A stretch of DNA of 64,000 nucleotides from Lama guanicoe (lineage: Eukaryota): assembly GCA_013239625.1 (NCBI GenBank), contig MU053934.1, positions 8,949,352 to 9,013,351 of the forward strand, in the 5' to 3' direction. Positions 52,621 to 64,000 of this stretch are shown here, piece after piece. The translations under genes and the position numbers were made by a program. Numbering within the stretch: the stretch's first letter is position 1; every line of letters starts with the position of its first letter. A model generated the notes under the pieces. It saw only the letters and a program-made list of their open reading frames with translations, made no database searches and had not been told where the DNA came from.

Positions 52621-52983
52621 TTTAGGATGGTTTACTGTAAACAAAGTAGGTTAGGGACTCCGGCTAAGGTACAGACTTGATAAAAAACTCAAAGAAAAGT
52701 GAGAAAACTAACCAATGAAAATATCTGGGTGATACAGTGGTGAAATATTTAAATTACACATTAAGGTACAAGTATACAATAAGTATTTTTAAAATTATTT
52801 GTGACTGGACTTGAGGAAAGTTAATAAGACAGTGTTTATACATCAGAACCTTAGAACCATGCTCTAGAGGCAGAATGAAAACAAGTAACAACAAAAAACA
52901 AAACCAAGAAGCATCTATTTATAGAGGCTCTGTAAACTCCTAGCATAGGTAGGAAATACACATATAAATAAGTCTCAATCTTG

Positions 52984-53017
52984 TTTATTCAGGAAATGCA
53001 GGGATTTCCTGAATAAA
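52984..53017. repeat. Perfect 14-bp inverted repeat with 6-nt loop
   Basis: tttattcaggaaat-gcaggg-atttcctgaataaa. Confidence 0.95.
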
Positions 53018-53472
53018 TCACAAAATACAAATTCAAATATTTCACTCAAGTTGCTTTCTGGTGACAGAAGAAACTCTGTACAAACCAAAAATATGCATTT
53101 CATTAATTAATCACTAGGAAAACCACATAAACATGTATACAAAAAGAACCTCAGAAAGGACTTTTACAACATCCCTGTCTTTGAGGTAGACTTTCTCCTT
53201 CACTTTAACCTAACAACTAGGGAGAAAAATGACCTTTGATAGTAGGGGAATTTGAATAAATATGACTGCTTAAAGAAGAGTCCAGTGAAGAATCAAACAT
53301 GTTCTATTACATGCTTCTGACATCTGCCACCCAAGAACAAAAAAGGAATCACTAATTCACTCTATCAGTGGAATAATAAATCACACCTTTCAACAAAAGG
53401 AAAAAAACAGGTAATTCGACTTAACTCTTGAAAAATCAAATGACTCCTAAACAAGCATCTACCAAAAAATAC

Positions 53473-53661
53473 CTCGGATGATCCTTGTAAATGTTTTCTC
53501 TTCTCCACTTTCCTCCACATATACGATTTTTACACTTGCAGAAGAAGAAACAGGTTTTCCAATATGTGCTCCATGAATAAGTTCTTGAATATTTTTCACT
53601 CTTAAATTAGCTATTTTTTCTCCCATTACAAAACTAAGTGCATCCATTACATTAGATTTTC
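53473..53661 (-). CDS. SMC1B: SMC1B exon 2 (end of Walker A; N-terminal ATPase head)
   Basis: ttccccag|GA AAA TCT AAT ... ATC CGA G|gtattt; 189 nt; (G)[62 protein letters not shown]. Confidence 0.97.
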
Positions 53662-54038
53662 CTGGGGAAGAAGAGAGAGAGAAAGACAAAGTTATTTATT
53701 CTTGATGATAAAACAAATCCTACCCAGAGCCAAAGAAACCAGGCTTCAACGGAAGTAAAATATAGCAAATACACACATCTAAATAGTCTATCTTTTCTAT
53801 ATTCAACATGCATGTGCCTGAACAGTTCTACATAGGTCACTGGTTTCTTCTATACAGCTACGGTACAGTATTGAGTGATCTAAATTTTAAACTTAAGCAT
53901 CTAAGCCCCTGCTCTCTCACTATTAAGTATTATACCAAGGCAAATCACTTAACTTTTTTGAATTTTCGTTACTCCCATTTTATACATTTTATAATTAAAA
54001 TCCTGTCTCCAGGATTCTCCCAAGGGCTAGACCTAGGT

Positions 54039-54588
54039 TGCTAGGATAGTTATGATTGGTATGAGCTGGTGGTACAGAAAGGTTCCACAGCATGTCCAAG
54101 CCTGCTGTCCTCTGAAAACCCTGCTCACAAGGTTGGCTGGCATTGTGGGATCTGGCTTTGGAGTCTGGGAGGGTTTCTACAACTTTCTGATAAGAATGTC
54201 TGACTGTGCCTAATCAGTTTGATTTATGCTGAATACTTGCTTTCTTCCTAAGAGTCTGGAATTTTAGTACATGCTAGGCAGAGGTGCCTGTGTGACCATT
54301 CCCCAGTAAAACCCTGGGCACTGACTCCTTCATGAGGTTCTTTGGTAGATGACATTTCACATCTGTTATCACAACTTGTTGCTGGAGGAGTTAAGCCTGT
54401 CCTCTGTAACACTGGGAGAAGAGTCATGGAACCTTGTGCTTGGTTTCCTCAGAGTTCTCCCCATGAGCCTTTCCGCTTTGCTGAGTTTGCTGTTTCCTTA
54501 CACTGTTATGAGTAACAACCATGAGTAAAACCATATGCTGAGTCCTCCAGCAAACCGCCCAAAGGGCGTAGTCCCGAGGACTCTGACA
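54039..54588 (+). mobile_element. MER21-like ERVL LTR
   Basis: aaaaccctgggcactgactcc...gacatttcacatctgttatcacaacttgttgctggaggagttaag...ends ctgaca. Confidence 0.7.
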
Positions 54589-55710
54589 GGGATGGCAAAT
54601 TATTCTATTACCACCACAGTTTGCTCTAAGACAATTTCCAAGGTGTAGCGTCATTTCAGATACCACCACATCTAACTTTTTTTTCTTTCTCACATTTCTT
54701 CCCCCATATCCACAAGCAATTTAAACTTCCAGTGCCAAAAGCGAGGAAAGTAACACTAACAAGAGAATACTGCCAGTCACTGGAAATACGGCTTAGTTTT
54801 AGAAGTTCATGATCTTTCTAAAAAGAACTAGAAGTGGCTAAATGCTGCAAATGTATTTAGCTAAGTCTCAGTTAACTAACAGGTATGAAACATGGCTTTT
54901 TTGGGTTAACTGATAACCTGCAGACTGAGAGCTACTGTAGACAGTTACATATATAGGACTAAATGAACATTCACTGAATTGAATTGAAGTCTGACAGCAA
55001 CAGAATTAAATAGAAACTGGTTTTGGTCAATCCTTATTTTAAAATATGCCTAAAATAAACACTTCCCCATCCAAATTCATTCATTCCATTAATTATTTTG
55101 TGTGCTAGGTCATAAAGATATGGTAAAAGGACAAGACAGATAAAACAACCCTGCCTGATGAAGGTTATAATCTATTATGAAAGTTAGACAATAAACAAAA
55201 AAGATATATATTATAGTAAGCATCATGAGGAAACAACTGAAGGATGAGGGTAACTAGGAGAGGATGATCAGGAAGCATTTATTAAGTGCCACCTGCTAGC
55301 TAGTGTTGAAAAGAAAGTAAATGAATGAACCAAGTTAAGTTTTGTAATGGCCAGATCAGGAACCTCCACTGTAAATAATCCAAAACCAACATTAGGAAAA
55401 TAATAATTCTGAAAGAGTTAACTTCTAGGCTATCATCACTTGATAAAGATGGACCAAATATTCAAAGATATAAGAATTACCATATCACTCTCTCATCTCA
55501 AAACCTCAGTATTTACCACTCATTTGCCCTCTTATCAACCGGCTGCTAAGTCCCTTTTGATTTCAATTTTACATATATCTTCCATTCCGCTCCTTATCAT
55601 CCTCCCAGTTATTTAAGTTCTCCCGCTTCCCAAGAGCTTCCTAGCTGGACTTAACCTTCACTCTCTTGCATCTTCAAATTCATTCATTCATTCTGTAAAC
55701 ATTTATGTGT

Positions 55711-55817
55711 GGGTGGAGATGTAACTCAGTGGTAGAGCACATGTTTAGCACGCCCAAGGTCCTGGGTTCAATCCCCAGTACTTCCAGTAAAAAAAAACAA
55801 AACAAACAAAAAAAAAA
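55711..55817 (+). mobile_element. vic-1-type tRNA-derived SINE nested in an L2 tail
   Basis: gtaactcagtggtagagcacatgtttagcacgcccaaggtcctgggttcaatccccagtacttcca plus A/(CAAA) tail; degenerate TSD aaacatttatg / aaacactgatg. Confidence 0.8.
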
Positions 55818-56504
55818 CACTGATGCAACACCTATTAATCAGGCATTCTGCTAAGTACTAGGGCTAAAAATAAGTATATTCAGGACTTCTTCAAAGGTGC
55901 TTACAGTGGGAAATATAATCAATTTTTATTGAACCCCCTTTTGTGCCAGATACTCCACATCTGCCATTCTATTCAGTCTTTGCAATAATCCTATGAGAAG
56001 GGTATTTAATTTGCATTCCATAAATTAAAAAGCAGAGGCTCAAAGTCAAACAAATCATATGTTTTGTTTGGGGTTAGGTGTCTGATTCCAAAATCTATAC
56101 TCTTCTCAAAAAAAGGAGGAAATTATAATTTACTATAATAAATTCTAAGATAAAATTAACACAAAGAAATACAGAAGCACTTAACAGAAGTATTAACTAC
56201 TGGAGACTCTGAGTAGGTTTTGCAGGAGGTAATTCTGGGCTAAGTTTTAAAGGGTTTGGGGAGGCAGTGCTGAAGGTAAACATAACCATTCCAGGAAAAG
56301 AGAAGAGCCTGGTCATTGGTACAAATGGCAGAGCAAGGTACCATTCCAGTAGGAGATGGCAAGTAACTATACAGAGGTGAAGCAGAGCTTGCAAGGCTGG
56401 GAATGATGAGAGAGAAACTAAACTTTATGCTAAAGATTATGTGATGCCTTGAAGGATTTTAGGAATAGCAGTGACTTTTTCAGATATGTCTTGTGAAGAT
56501 TTCT

Positions 56505-57200
56505 CAGACAATAACCCACCAGAAAAATGGGCAAAGGACATAAAAAGGTAATTCAGAGAAATACAAAAAGCCCTTAACCATATGAAAAGACACTTGAGCT
56601 CAGTCCTAGTAAGAGAAATGTAAATTAAAACTGTTTTGGCTACCATTTCTTATCTACTAGACTCCAAAACTTTGAAAATATATTCTTTTGATGAGGCAAG
56701 AAGGAAACGGGGTATCTCACAAAATACTGTTGAGAGTACAAAATGATACAACTACTATGCAGGGGGAATTTGGCAATAGCTAAATTATAACTCCATTTAG
56801 CTTTTGAACCAGCAATTTCACTCCTAAGAATCTATCTCCCTGATACATATGCACTACTACAGAATGGCAAATATACAATTATACAATTCATTATAGGTCA
56901 ATTTCTAACAGAAAAAGACTGAAAATAACTTGTGTCCAAAAATTACAGGACTATTTGAAATAACTATGTAACAGCCACACAGTGGAGAATCACACAGCAA
57001 CAAGAGGACTGAAGATAAAGTAAGAAATGAAAAAAGAAAAGTGTGTAACAGCATATATAGTAAAACATATGTATGTGAACTTTTATTTAGAGAAAAAGTG
57101 AGGGGTTAGGAGTAACAATACACAGAGATTTGCTAGCATTTGCAAAAATAAACACTGAAGGATAGTCTAGAAACTAATGGTTATGTACAGCAGGTAAAGA
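56505..57200 (+). mobile_element. Old L1 3' remnant
   Basis: agaaaaatgggcaaaggacat...gagaaatgtaaattaaaac...ccagcaatttcactcctaagaatcta. Confidence 0.65.
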
Positions 57201-57219
57201 AGAGCAGGACCTAGAAACT

Positions 57220-57596
57220 GAGTTGGACACCTGCTTCTGTCCTCAAGCTTTCATGCCTTTTAGCTTCCAGTTGGACTTGGATAGTGGGGAGCTCTGGCAG
57301 GAGGAAAGAAGGGACAAGAGTAAAGTCAGGGTATTTACTTCCCTACTTTCCTCCCTGGGAGGTGGCTTCCAACTGGCTGTGCCCTACAACAGAATGTCAC
57401 TGCCTTTTCAAAGTTCCTTCTGGGTTCCTTCCTCTCTGGGCCTTGGGGTAGTGGCAATTCCACTGCTGCTAGCCCTGTGATTCCTCTATTCCTTGTGGTT
57501 CCTCTATAGCCCTCCCACACTTCTGTAAATAAATCTTTCTCAAACTGTCTAATTTGATAGTGGCACCTGTTTCCTGTTGGGACCCTGACTGGTACA
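57220..57596 (+). mobile_element. ERVL LTR remnant (LTR33-like)
   Basis: Ends tgtttcctgttgggaccctgactggtaca; gtaaataaat poly(A)-signal region. Confidence 0.55.
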
Positions 57597-58104
57597 GGGA
57601 GCAGAGGTAGAAGTAAGATTTCTCTGTGTATACTTTCCTATAGTTTTGATCTTTAAATATGTATATGCATGACCAATTAAAAAAAAACCTAAATGTTAAA
57701 AATCCCACAAATGAAAACAATCACAAACAAGTAAATTTAACTGAATATTAAATTAGTAACATAGGCATACTGAGAAATGATTCATTTCAAGGGACTTCAG
57801 ATCACAAAATTCTGACTGTACATTCTTAGTGAGATCCATTCTAAGGACCAAACAGAAGTACAAAGGAATTTTATATTCCCTTTAAAAGCTTTATTGTCTA
57901 TAATGTTATTGGTTCTGGTAGTTTAAGAGAGTTTTCTTTATGTTGTAACTTAAACAAATAAGTAATTATGTTAGTCATGTTAGGAAATAAGATTTTCAGA
58001 GTAATGAAAAACACTTTAATGACAAAAATCAAGGGAAGGTGAAAACACAGTTAAGTTAAAACCGAATGGAAAATACCAGCATGAACTCAATTTTTAAAAA
58101 TTAC

Positions 58105-58862
58105 TGTAACATGAAAAGATGCTCAAAATCAGTCATTAGGGAAATTCAAATCAAAACTACAATAAAATACCACTTTACAATCTATTAGGATGGCTAAAAG
58201 AAACAAGACAAACAATAACAATTATTGGTGAAGATGTGGATAAATGTGAATGCTTACTTATTGCCAGTAGGAATGTAAAATGATGAGTCACATTAGAAAA
58301 GAGTTTGATAGTTCCTCAAAATGTTAAACAGAGTTACCGTAGGACCCAGAATCTCCCCTTCTAAACATATTCCCAAAAGAAATGAAAAAACATCTCCACA
58401 CAAAAACTTGTACACAAATGTTCATGACAGCACTATTCAGAACAACCACAAAGTAGCAACAACTCAAATGTTCATCAACAGATGAATGGATAAACACAAC
58501 GTATGAATACATGTTAGTACTAATACATAGATGGACCAATTATGCTAAGTGAAAGAGGCCAGCACAAAAAGCCACGTATTGCATGGCTCCATTCACATGA
58601 AATGTCCAGAAAAGGCAAATCTATACACATAGAAAGTAGGTAAGTGATTGCCAGGGACTGGGTGAAGAGGAGATAATGGGGAAGGATTGCTAATGGGTAC
58701 AAGATTTCTCTTTGGGGTAATGAGAATGTTCTGGAATGAGATAGTGATGATGGTTATACAACTCCATGAATACACTAACACCACTGAATTGTACACTTTT
58801 AAAGGATGAATTTTATGGCATGTAAACTATATCTCAATAAAGCTGTTATTAAAAAAAAAAGA
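58105..58862 (+). mobile_element. L1MB-like 3' end with A tail
   Basis: aaatgttcatcaacagatgaatggataaac...tgtaaactatatctcaataaagctgttattaaaaaaaaaaa. Confidence 0.85.
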
Positions 58863-58864
58863 AC

Positions 58865-60070
58865 AAATCCAAAAAAGCCCTTTATGTACTTTTTAGCCCA
58901 ATCCTCTGGAATGGTCCAGAACCACTGTTATCTAAACACACTAAATACTTCTAGTTCCCAGATGGTGGTCTTTGATACCTTGCCTTCTAAAAGGAACCAG
59001 AAATTATTGGAAAAGTGGTTGATTCCAAGACTGTGGCAGGGAAAGCTGAAGATGAGTCTGAGAACTGGGACATCTTACATTAGAAAGCAAGGGAGCTCTC
59101 AAATATTAATGAGGTCACGACCAAAGGAAACAGGAAGCAGCTTGAAGGAGCTCCCGCTGACTAAAGTTATGAAAATCTGAGCATCAGAAAGAATAATGAT
59201 TTTGGCAGATTATAGCACATTGCACCAATGAAAATTCATGAGTCCATAATGATCCTGACTAAAATAAATTTTTAAAAATTTTAAACCATTCGCCCTATTA
59301 AAACTCTTTTCTTTGAAAAAATTGGTTGAAAGAAAGGGGGCTTTTTTTTTTCAGCGTGAACTGTATAAGCCTACTTAATGAAGAAAAACTTTTTTTAATA
59401 GAAGAATACCATCCAATGAATATAGAAAGCAAAAATAGAATTAGAAAACCTAGTTTTGCAAACCTTAATGACATGCTGACCCAGGTAAGATTATTAATTG
59501 GCATTAAAACCATCTGGGTAAATGGTTGACAGAGAATATGTGTATAATGCCAAAGTGGCACTAGTAACACTACAACACTAGGTTAGAAAGAAGGGGAAAA
59601 GCTACTGTAAAATGGAGATCACTGTCACCACCCTAATCCAGGGGTCAATCTTAGTTTAGCATCACCAGATATCATGCGATAATAATGTAATGTGAAGTAC
59701 ACAACATCACCTAAATGAAGTCTAGCCAAAAATGTGTAACTTGAAACCATCAACTTTTTAGCTACACCTTCTAGTTCACAAAAGTAGAGGGAACGGAGGA
59801 AAAAACTAAACAACATCATAAGGAAGCAATCAGACACATCTTAACACTCTGTGGGAAAACTTTTCCAATCCTTCCAATCTTTTCAACAAGTCTGTGTTAT
59901 AAATAAAAGAACTGTACTACATTAATAGAGATCTAAGGAATGTAACAGTCAGATGCAATGTGTGGTTCTGGGGTGGAAAACAGTTTGGTCAAAGAACATT
60001 TTGGAGTCAAGTGAGGAAATGTGAATTTGAGCTGTGCATCAGATGAAATAAACTAAAAAAGAAAGGTGAG
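58865..60070 (+). mobile_element. Old L1M 3'UTR remnant
   Basis: tctagttcccagatggtggtct...aaggaagcaatcagacac...cagatgcaatgtgtgg; subfamily uncertain. Confidence 0.5.
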
Positions 60071-60539
60071 GATAACTGTCTGAAACATAAGTTAGTATGT
60101 ATTGCATGATCTTATTTCCATTATAAAAAAGTTTGCAGGGAAAAAGATCTATATGGGTAAAAATCTATATGGCTATGCACTAAAGTATTACAGTAGTACT
60201 CTCTGCATTGTGGAATATGTTTTTACCGCTTTACTCTTGCTTACTTTCTAATTTTTTACAATGCAAATAAACTGCTTTTACAATAATAAAATATTGTTTT
60301 AAGAATTCAGCACCCATTATGGATTATCCAAAATGGTTTTTTCTTGATAAACTTTTTTTCCTGATTAAAACAGTAAACCATTCAATGTAGGGTATCTGGA
60401 AAACAGAGAAAAGTACTTCTAAAATCACCTGAAAAAATCACACCATCCAGAGAAAACTGTTGATGGAAATGGATACTGAATTTTGTCAAATACCTTTTCC
60501 TTATCTACCAAGAAAATAAAACGGATTTTCTTTCTTGCA

Positions 60540-62520
60540 GGAATAATGAAGATTACTGTGGTAGCAGTGTGTCACATGGGTTAAAGTAAGGTAAGATCAA
60601 ATGTTGGGAACATAGCTAAAAGGTGACTGCTTTAATCCAAGGAGGAAATGATGAGTCTGAAATAAAGTGATAGCAGTGGGAAGAGAGAGAAGAGGGCAAG
60701 GTTATTATGGAGGCAGGACTGGCACAGTTGGTAATGTACTGGCTGTGACAGGGAGAACTTATCAAGGATGAAGGAGAACTCACTAAGGTGGCAGCCATCT
60801 GAAATCCTGGGAGAAAAGCATTCCAAGTCCAAGGAACAGAAAACGCTAAAACTCTGAAATGGCAATGAGCTTGGCCTGTGTACGGAAAGCAAAAAAAGTA
60901 ATTCTGGCCTGAGTATAGTAAATGTGGAGAAAGAGAATATTTGAGAAGAGAAACATACAGGGGTCAGATTATAAAGGGCTTTGTGGATCATGGTAAGATA
61001 CGGATTTTATTTCAAGCGCAGAGGAAAGCCATTGGATAGAATTTTAAGCTGGGGAGTGCTTTGATTTATAGCTCCCCCCACCACCTTTTCTTTAATGTTC
61101 ACTCTGGCTGCTGTTTGGTTTGCAGAGACAAGGAAGGGAGCAGAAGGACTTCTTAGGAGATTACAGCAATAAGCCAAATGAGAGCTCTAGCAGCTTCAAT
61201 TATAATAGTGAAGAGGGGCAAGAAACAATTGGATTCAAGACGTATTTCAGAGGCAGAGTCATCAGGATAAATAGATGGTTGGATGAGGAAAGTGGGGTGT
61301 AGAAAGTAAAAGGAGGAATCAAGAATTACTCTGGGTTTCTGGTCTAAATAGATGAGTAAATGGCACCCCTTAGTGAACTGGTAAAGACCTAGGAAGGAAC
61401 AGGTTTGTTGTTTGGTAGAGGCAGGGGAGAGGAAATTAACTACTCTTCCTGACTATATTGTTTAAGATATCTACTAGAAATAGGAAACTAAATGCTGATT
61501 ATAGGCTGGAAATACAATTTGGAAAGGCAGTAGTGTAAGGATGGGACTGAATAAGACCACTTGGGGGAAAGAACAGAGGGAAGAAACAGGATATACACCC
61601 AGGGGATACTCCATCGCTTAAGAGAGCTGGGGGAGAAGCAGCCAGTAAATGAGGGGTAGCCAGTGAAGTAGAAGAAAACCTTGCTGGTATACTCACAAAA
61701 GTCCAGAGAACAAAGTATTTCAAGAAGGGAGAGATGAAGGCTTTCCCGTGACCAACTTCTTTAAAAACACCCTCAGCATTTCCTATTCCCCTCCCTTGTT
61801 TCTATTTTTTTTTAAGCTTAACACTTTAATATTTTATGTATTTTTCATAGTTAGTTTGTTGCCTGTCTCTCTGAATTTGAATGTCAGTTCTACACAGGCA
61901 GGAATTTTTACATCATGTTCACTGATGAAATCCAAACAACCTAGAATAGTAGATGGCATATAGTAGGCATTCAGTTATTTTTAAATGAATGAAATACTGC
62001 TGAAATGACAAACAGGATAAGGATACGAAACTGACCACTGACTTTCATAGATATAGCTCAATAGTGACCTAGATAAGTGTCATTTCAATGAAGTTTGGGG
62101 CTGAGAACTGAATCAAAGGGGTTGAGAAGAGAATGGAACTATAGACAATTGTTTCAAAGAGTTTCACTGTACTGATTTTAAAAAAAAATGGGGCAACAGC
62201 CTGAAAAGACAGCGAGGTTCAAGGGATTTCCCCCCAAGCATATCATTATAAAAATTTCAAACATACAAGTTGAAAGAATTTCATAGTATACCTCCACATA
62301 TTTACCACTAAATTCTATAATTAACATTGTACTAAGCTTGCTTTTCACACATCCACCTATCCTCAATGTCCTGTATGTATATATTTATGCCAATGAAAAT
62401 TATCCAATAAGGGAGAAACAGACAATTCAAAAGAGAAAGATGATCATTACAAAAGCAAGGAACTGAGGAGGGGACAGGATCCAAAGCACAAGTGGAGAGG
62501 ATGGCCTTAGATAGAGTCAA
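60540..62520 (-). mobile_element. L2 remnants (with an opposite-strand L2 3' end at ~61750-61990)
   Basis: Purine-rich antisense L2 text (ggggtcagattataaagggc, gaggaatcaagaattactctgggtttctgg); cctagaatagtagatggcatatagtaggcattcag. Confidence 0.6.
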
Positions 62521-62951
62521 GCACCCTTGTGGTAGTTCCCTGCTAAAAATCCTTCAAAGTCTAACTTTTTCCCCCAGAAAGTTAAATACAAATTCTTCAC
62601 TCTGGCAAGGATTTATTCAATAGGATTCCGTATTTCCCACTGCTTCCCTACCTACACACTATATTCTGGCTAATTTGGACTATTACCTATCCCACAAATA
62701 GACTTTCACAAAACCCTAGAAAAATACTCTTTACACTATGAGCCCAGCTCAAATGCCAACTCCTCTAGAAAACCTTTCCTAAGCTTCACCTATTCCTGTC
62801 CATAACTCCCCAAATCAGATGTTGTATTTTCCTTGTTTAAAGTTTCACGTGTTACTTGGCTTTCTATTTCAGATAGTGTGTCATTTTCTTACACTCCTTA
62901 CACCTTCAGGTCAGGAGCTGTCAATCTACACATCTTTTGCTACTTCTAACA

Positions 62952-63012
62952 CTATATATAATATATACATATATATACATACATATATATATATACACAC
63001 ACGTATATATAT
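62952..63012. repeat. (TA)n-rich microsatellite
   Basis: tatatataatatatacatatatatacatacatatatatatatacacacacgtatatatat. Confidence 0.85.
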
Positions 63013-64000
63013 GACAGCTATTTGCTGCATCTGAGTTGAAAACATAAGGTTAAGATTAAAATGAAAATCTTATGCTACCCATAAAAAGCCCAAAATTAGA
63101 TTTTACTAAAAACAAGCAAATGAGAACATGTCAAGTTTTGGCAGGTGGTGACAACAGAAAACTATCACAAATAGTAAAACTAACTAAATTAAAGTATAAA
63201 AGGAAATGAGCATAACAGGGAATTATCAATTGGTTTAACAAAAGTCTATCTGAATATGCCAATAATTCTGTAAAATTAAAAAATGATCTACTAATGTGTT
63301 CAAACGAACATAAATGGAATATCACCCATTAAATCAGTCATAAACAAGTATTATATTGAGTTTTGGCCTTCCTATAGCAAAAAGAATATGAACACCTTAC
63401 GCAAAATTCAGTAATAAGTAAGTCAGAAATTTTTGTTGTGGCAAGATGGCATTGTAGACCGTGCTGAAGTAATCCATGACAGGCTTTCTATGGTACCGAG
63501 AACAGGCTCTAGGTTACCAGTGATTCTCAAGAGGGGAGCTGAGCTTCCTGGGCATGTGGATCTAGAGAGGGGCAAGAGGAATTTGTAAAGGCATTTTCAC
63601 AATAACCTTAAGATATGCTGTTAATCACATTATGTATGTTTAAACTAAGGAAAGAAATAAGATTATTCTGAAACTTGTTTGGCACTAGTTTAAACAAGTT
63701 AAAAACACCACTTTAACAGGATCTTGAATGGTTCAAGTGGACTGAAGTTCAAGACTCTGTGCAAATACTCATTCTCAGGATGGCACTGTTGGAGTTGCAA
63801 AAGGTCACTGAGCCACCCTTCACATAATCACCAGTTAAAAGGTGAGAATCAACTGGTGGTGGCCCCAGTAACTTCCTGATAAATGAGTGGTAGGGTAAGA
63901 ATGCAGGAGTCATTAAAGTAATTACCTTTTCGAGGTTTTTTTGATAACAACAGAAAGTGAAAATGAGGAAATACAGTACACAGAAGAGGCAAGAAAATCT

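Larger units (their letters stand above)
15..53661 (-). other. SMC1B: SMC1B gene body (structural maintenance of chromosomes 1B, meiotic cohesin), coding exons 2-22; partial at both ends
   Basis: 21 GT-AG exons of 189,113,204,239,259,141,83,208,186,180,147,138,117,107,142,146,154,99,157,155,152 nt splice into one open frame. Translation matches SMC1B rather than SMC1A (e.g. [34 protein letters not shown]). Confidence 0.98.

Noticed and set aside
53662..64000. SMC1B exon 1 / bidirectional promoter region
   Set aside because: No sequence encoding the N-terminal ENFKS...IIGPNGS segment and no CpG island seen; it must lie beyond the window.
1..64000. A novel multi-gene or prokaryote-type system
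   Set aside because: The window is accounted for by one known spliced mammalian gene plus interspersed repeats; I could not support a second gene, RNA gene or array.

Overview
Mammalian genomic DNA, most likely a camelid (alpaca/llama/camel), inferred from three vic-1-type tRNA-derived SINEs. The window lies inside SMC1B (meiosis-specific cohesin subunit SMC1-beta) on the minus strand. I located 21 consecutive coding exons (exons 2-22 by human numbering; 53661 down to 15). All have GT-AG boundaries, and their phases join into one 3316-nt reading frame in which I saw no stops. The frame includes the end of the Walker A motif, the Q-loop, the hinge GX6GX3GG motif and the ABC signature LSGGE. 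Exon 1 (beyond 64000) and exons 23-25 (before position 1) are outside the window. The introns are mostly decayed interspersed repeats (L1, L2, MIR, LTRs, hAT DNA elements) plus a few young insertions with target-site duplications. Nearly all ORFs in the supplied track are spurious, are exon-plus-intron read-throughs, or are L1 fragments. I found no evidence of a novel multi-gene system. The most interesting observations are fine-scale: a competing exon-15 donor that would add a premature stop, a CpG/GC burst confined to exon 13, a strong GC3 gradient along the gene, a 92-bp L1 micro-insertion with a perfect 18-bp TSD, an antisense solo LTR, and a perfect 14-bp hairpin. Repeat family names and boundaries are by eye and approximate, and comparisons to human SMC1B are from memory.
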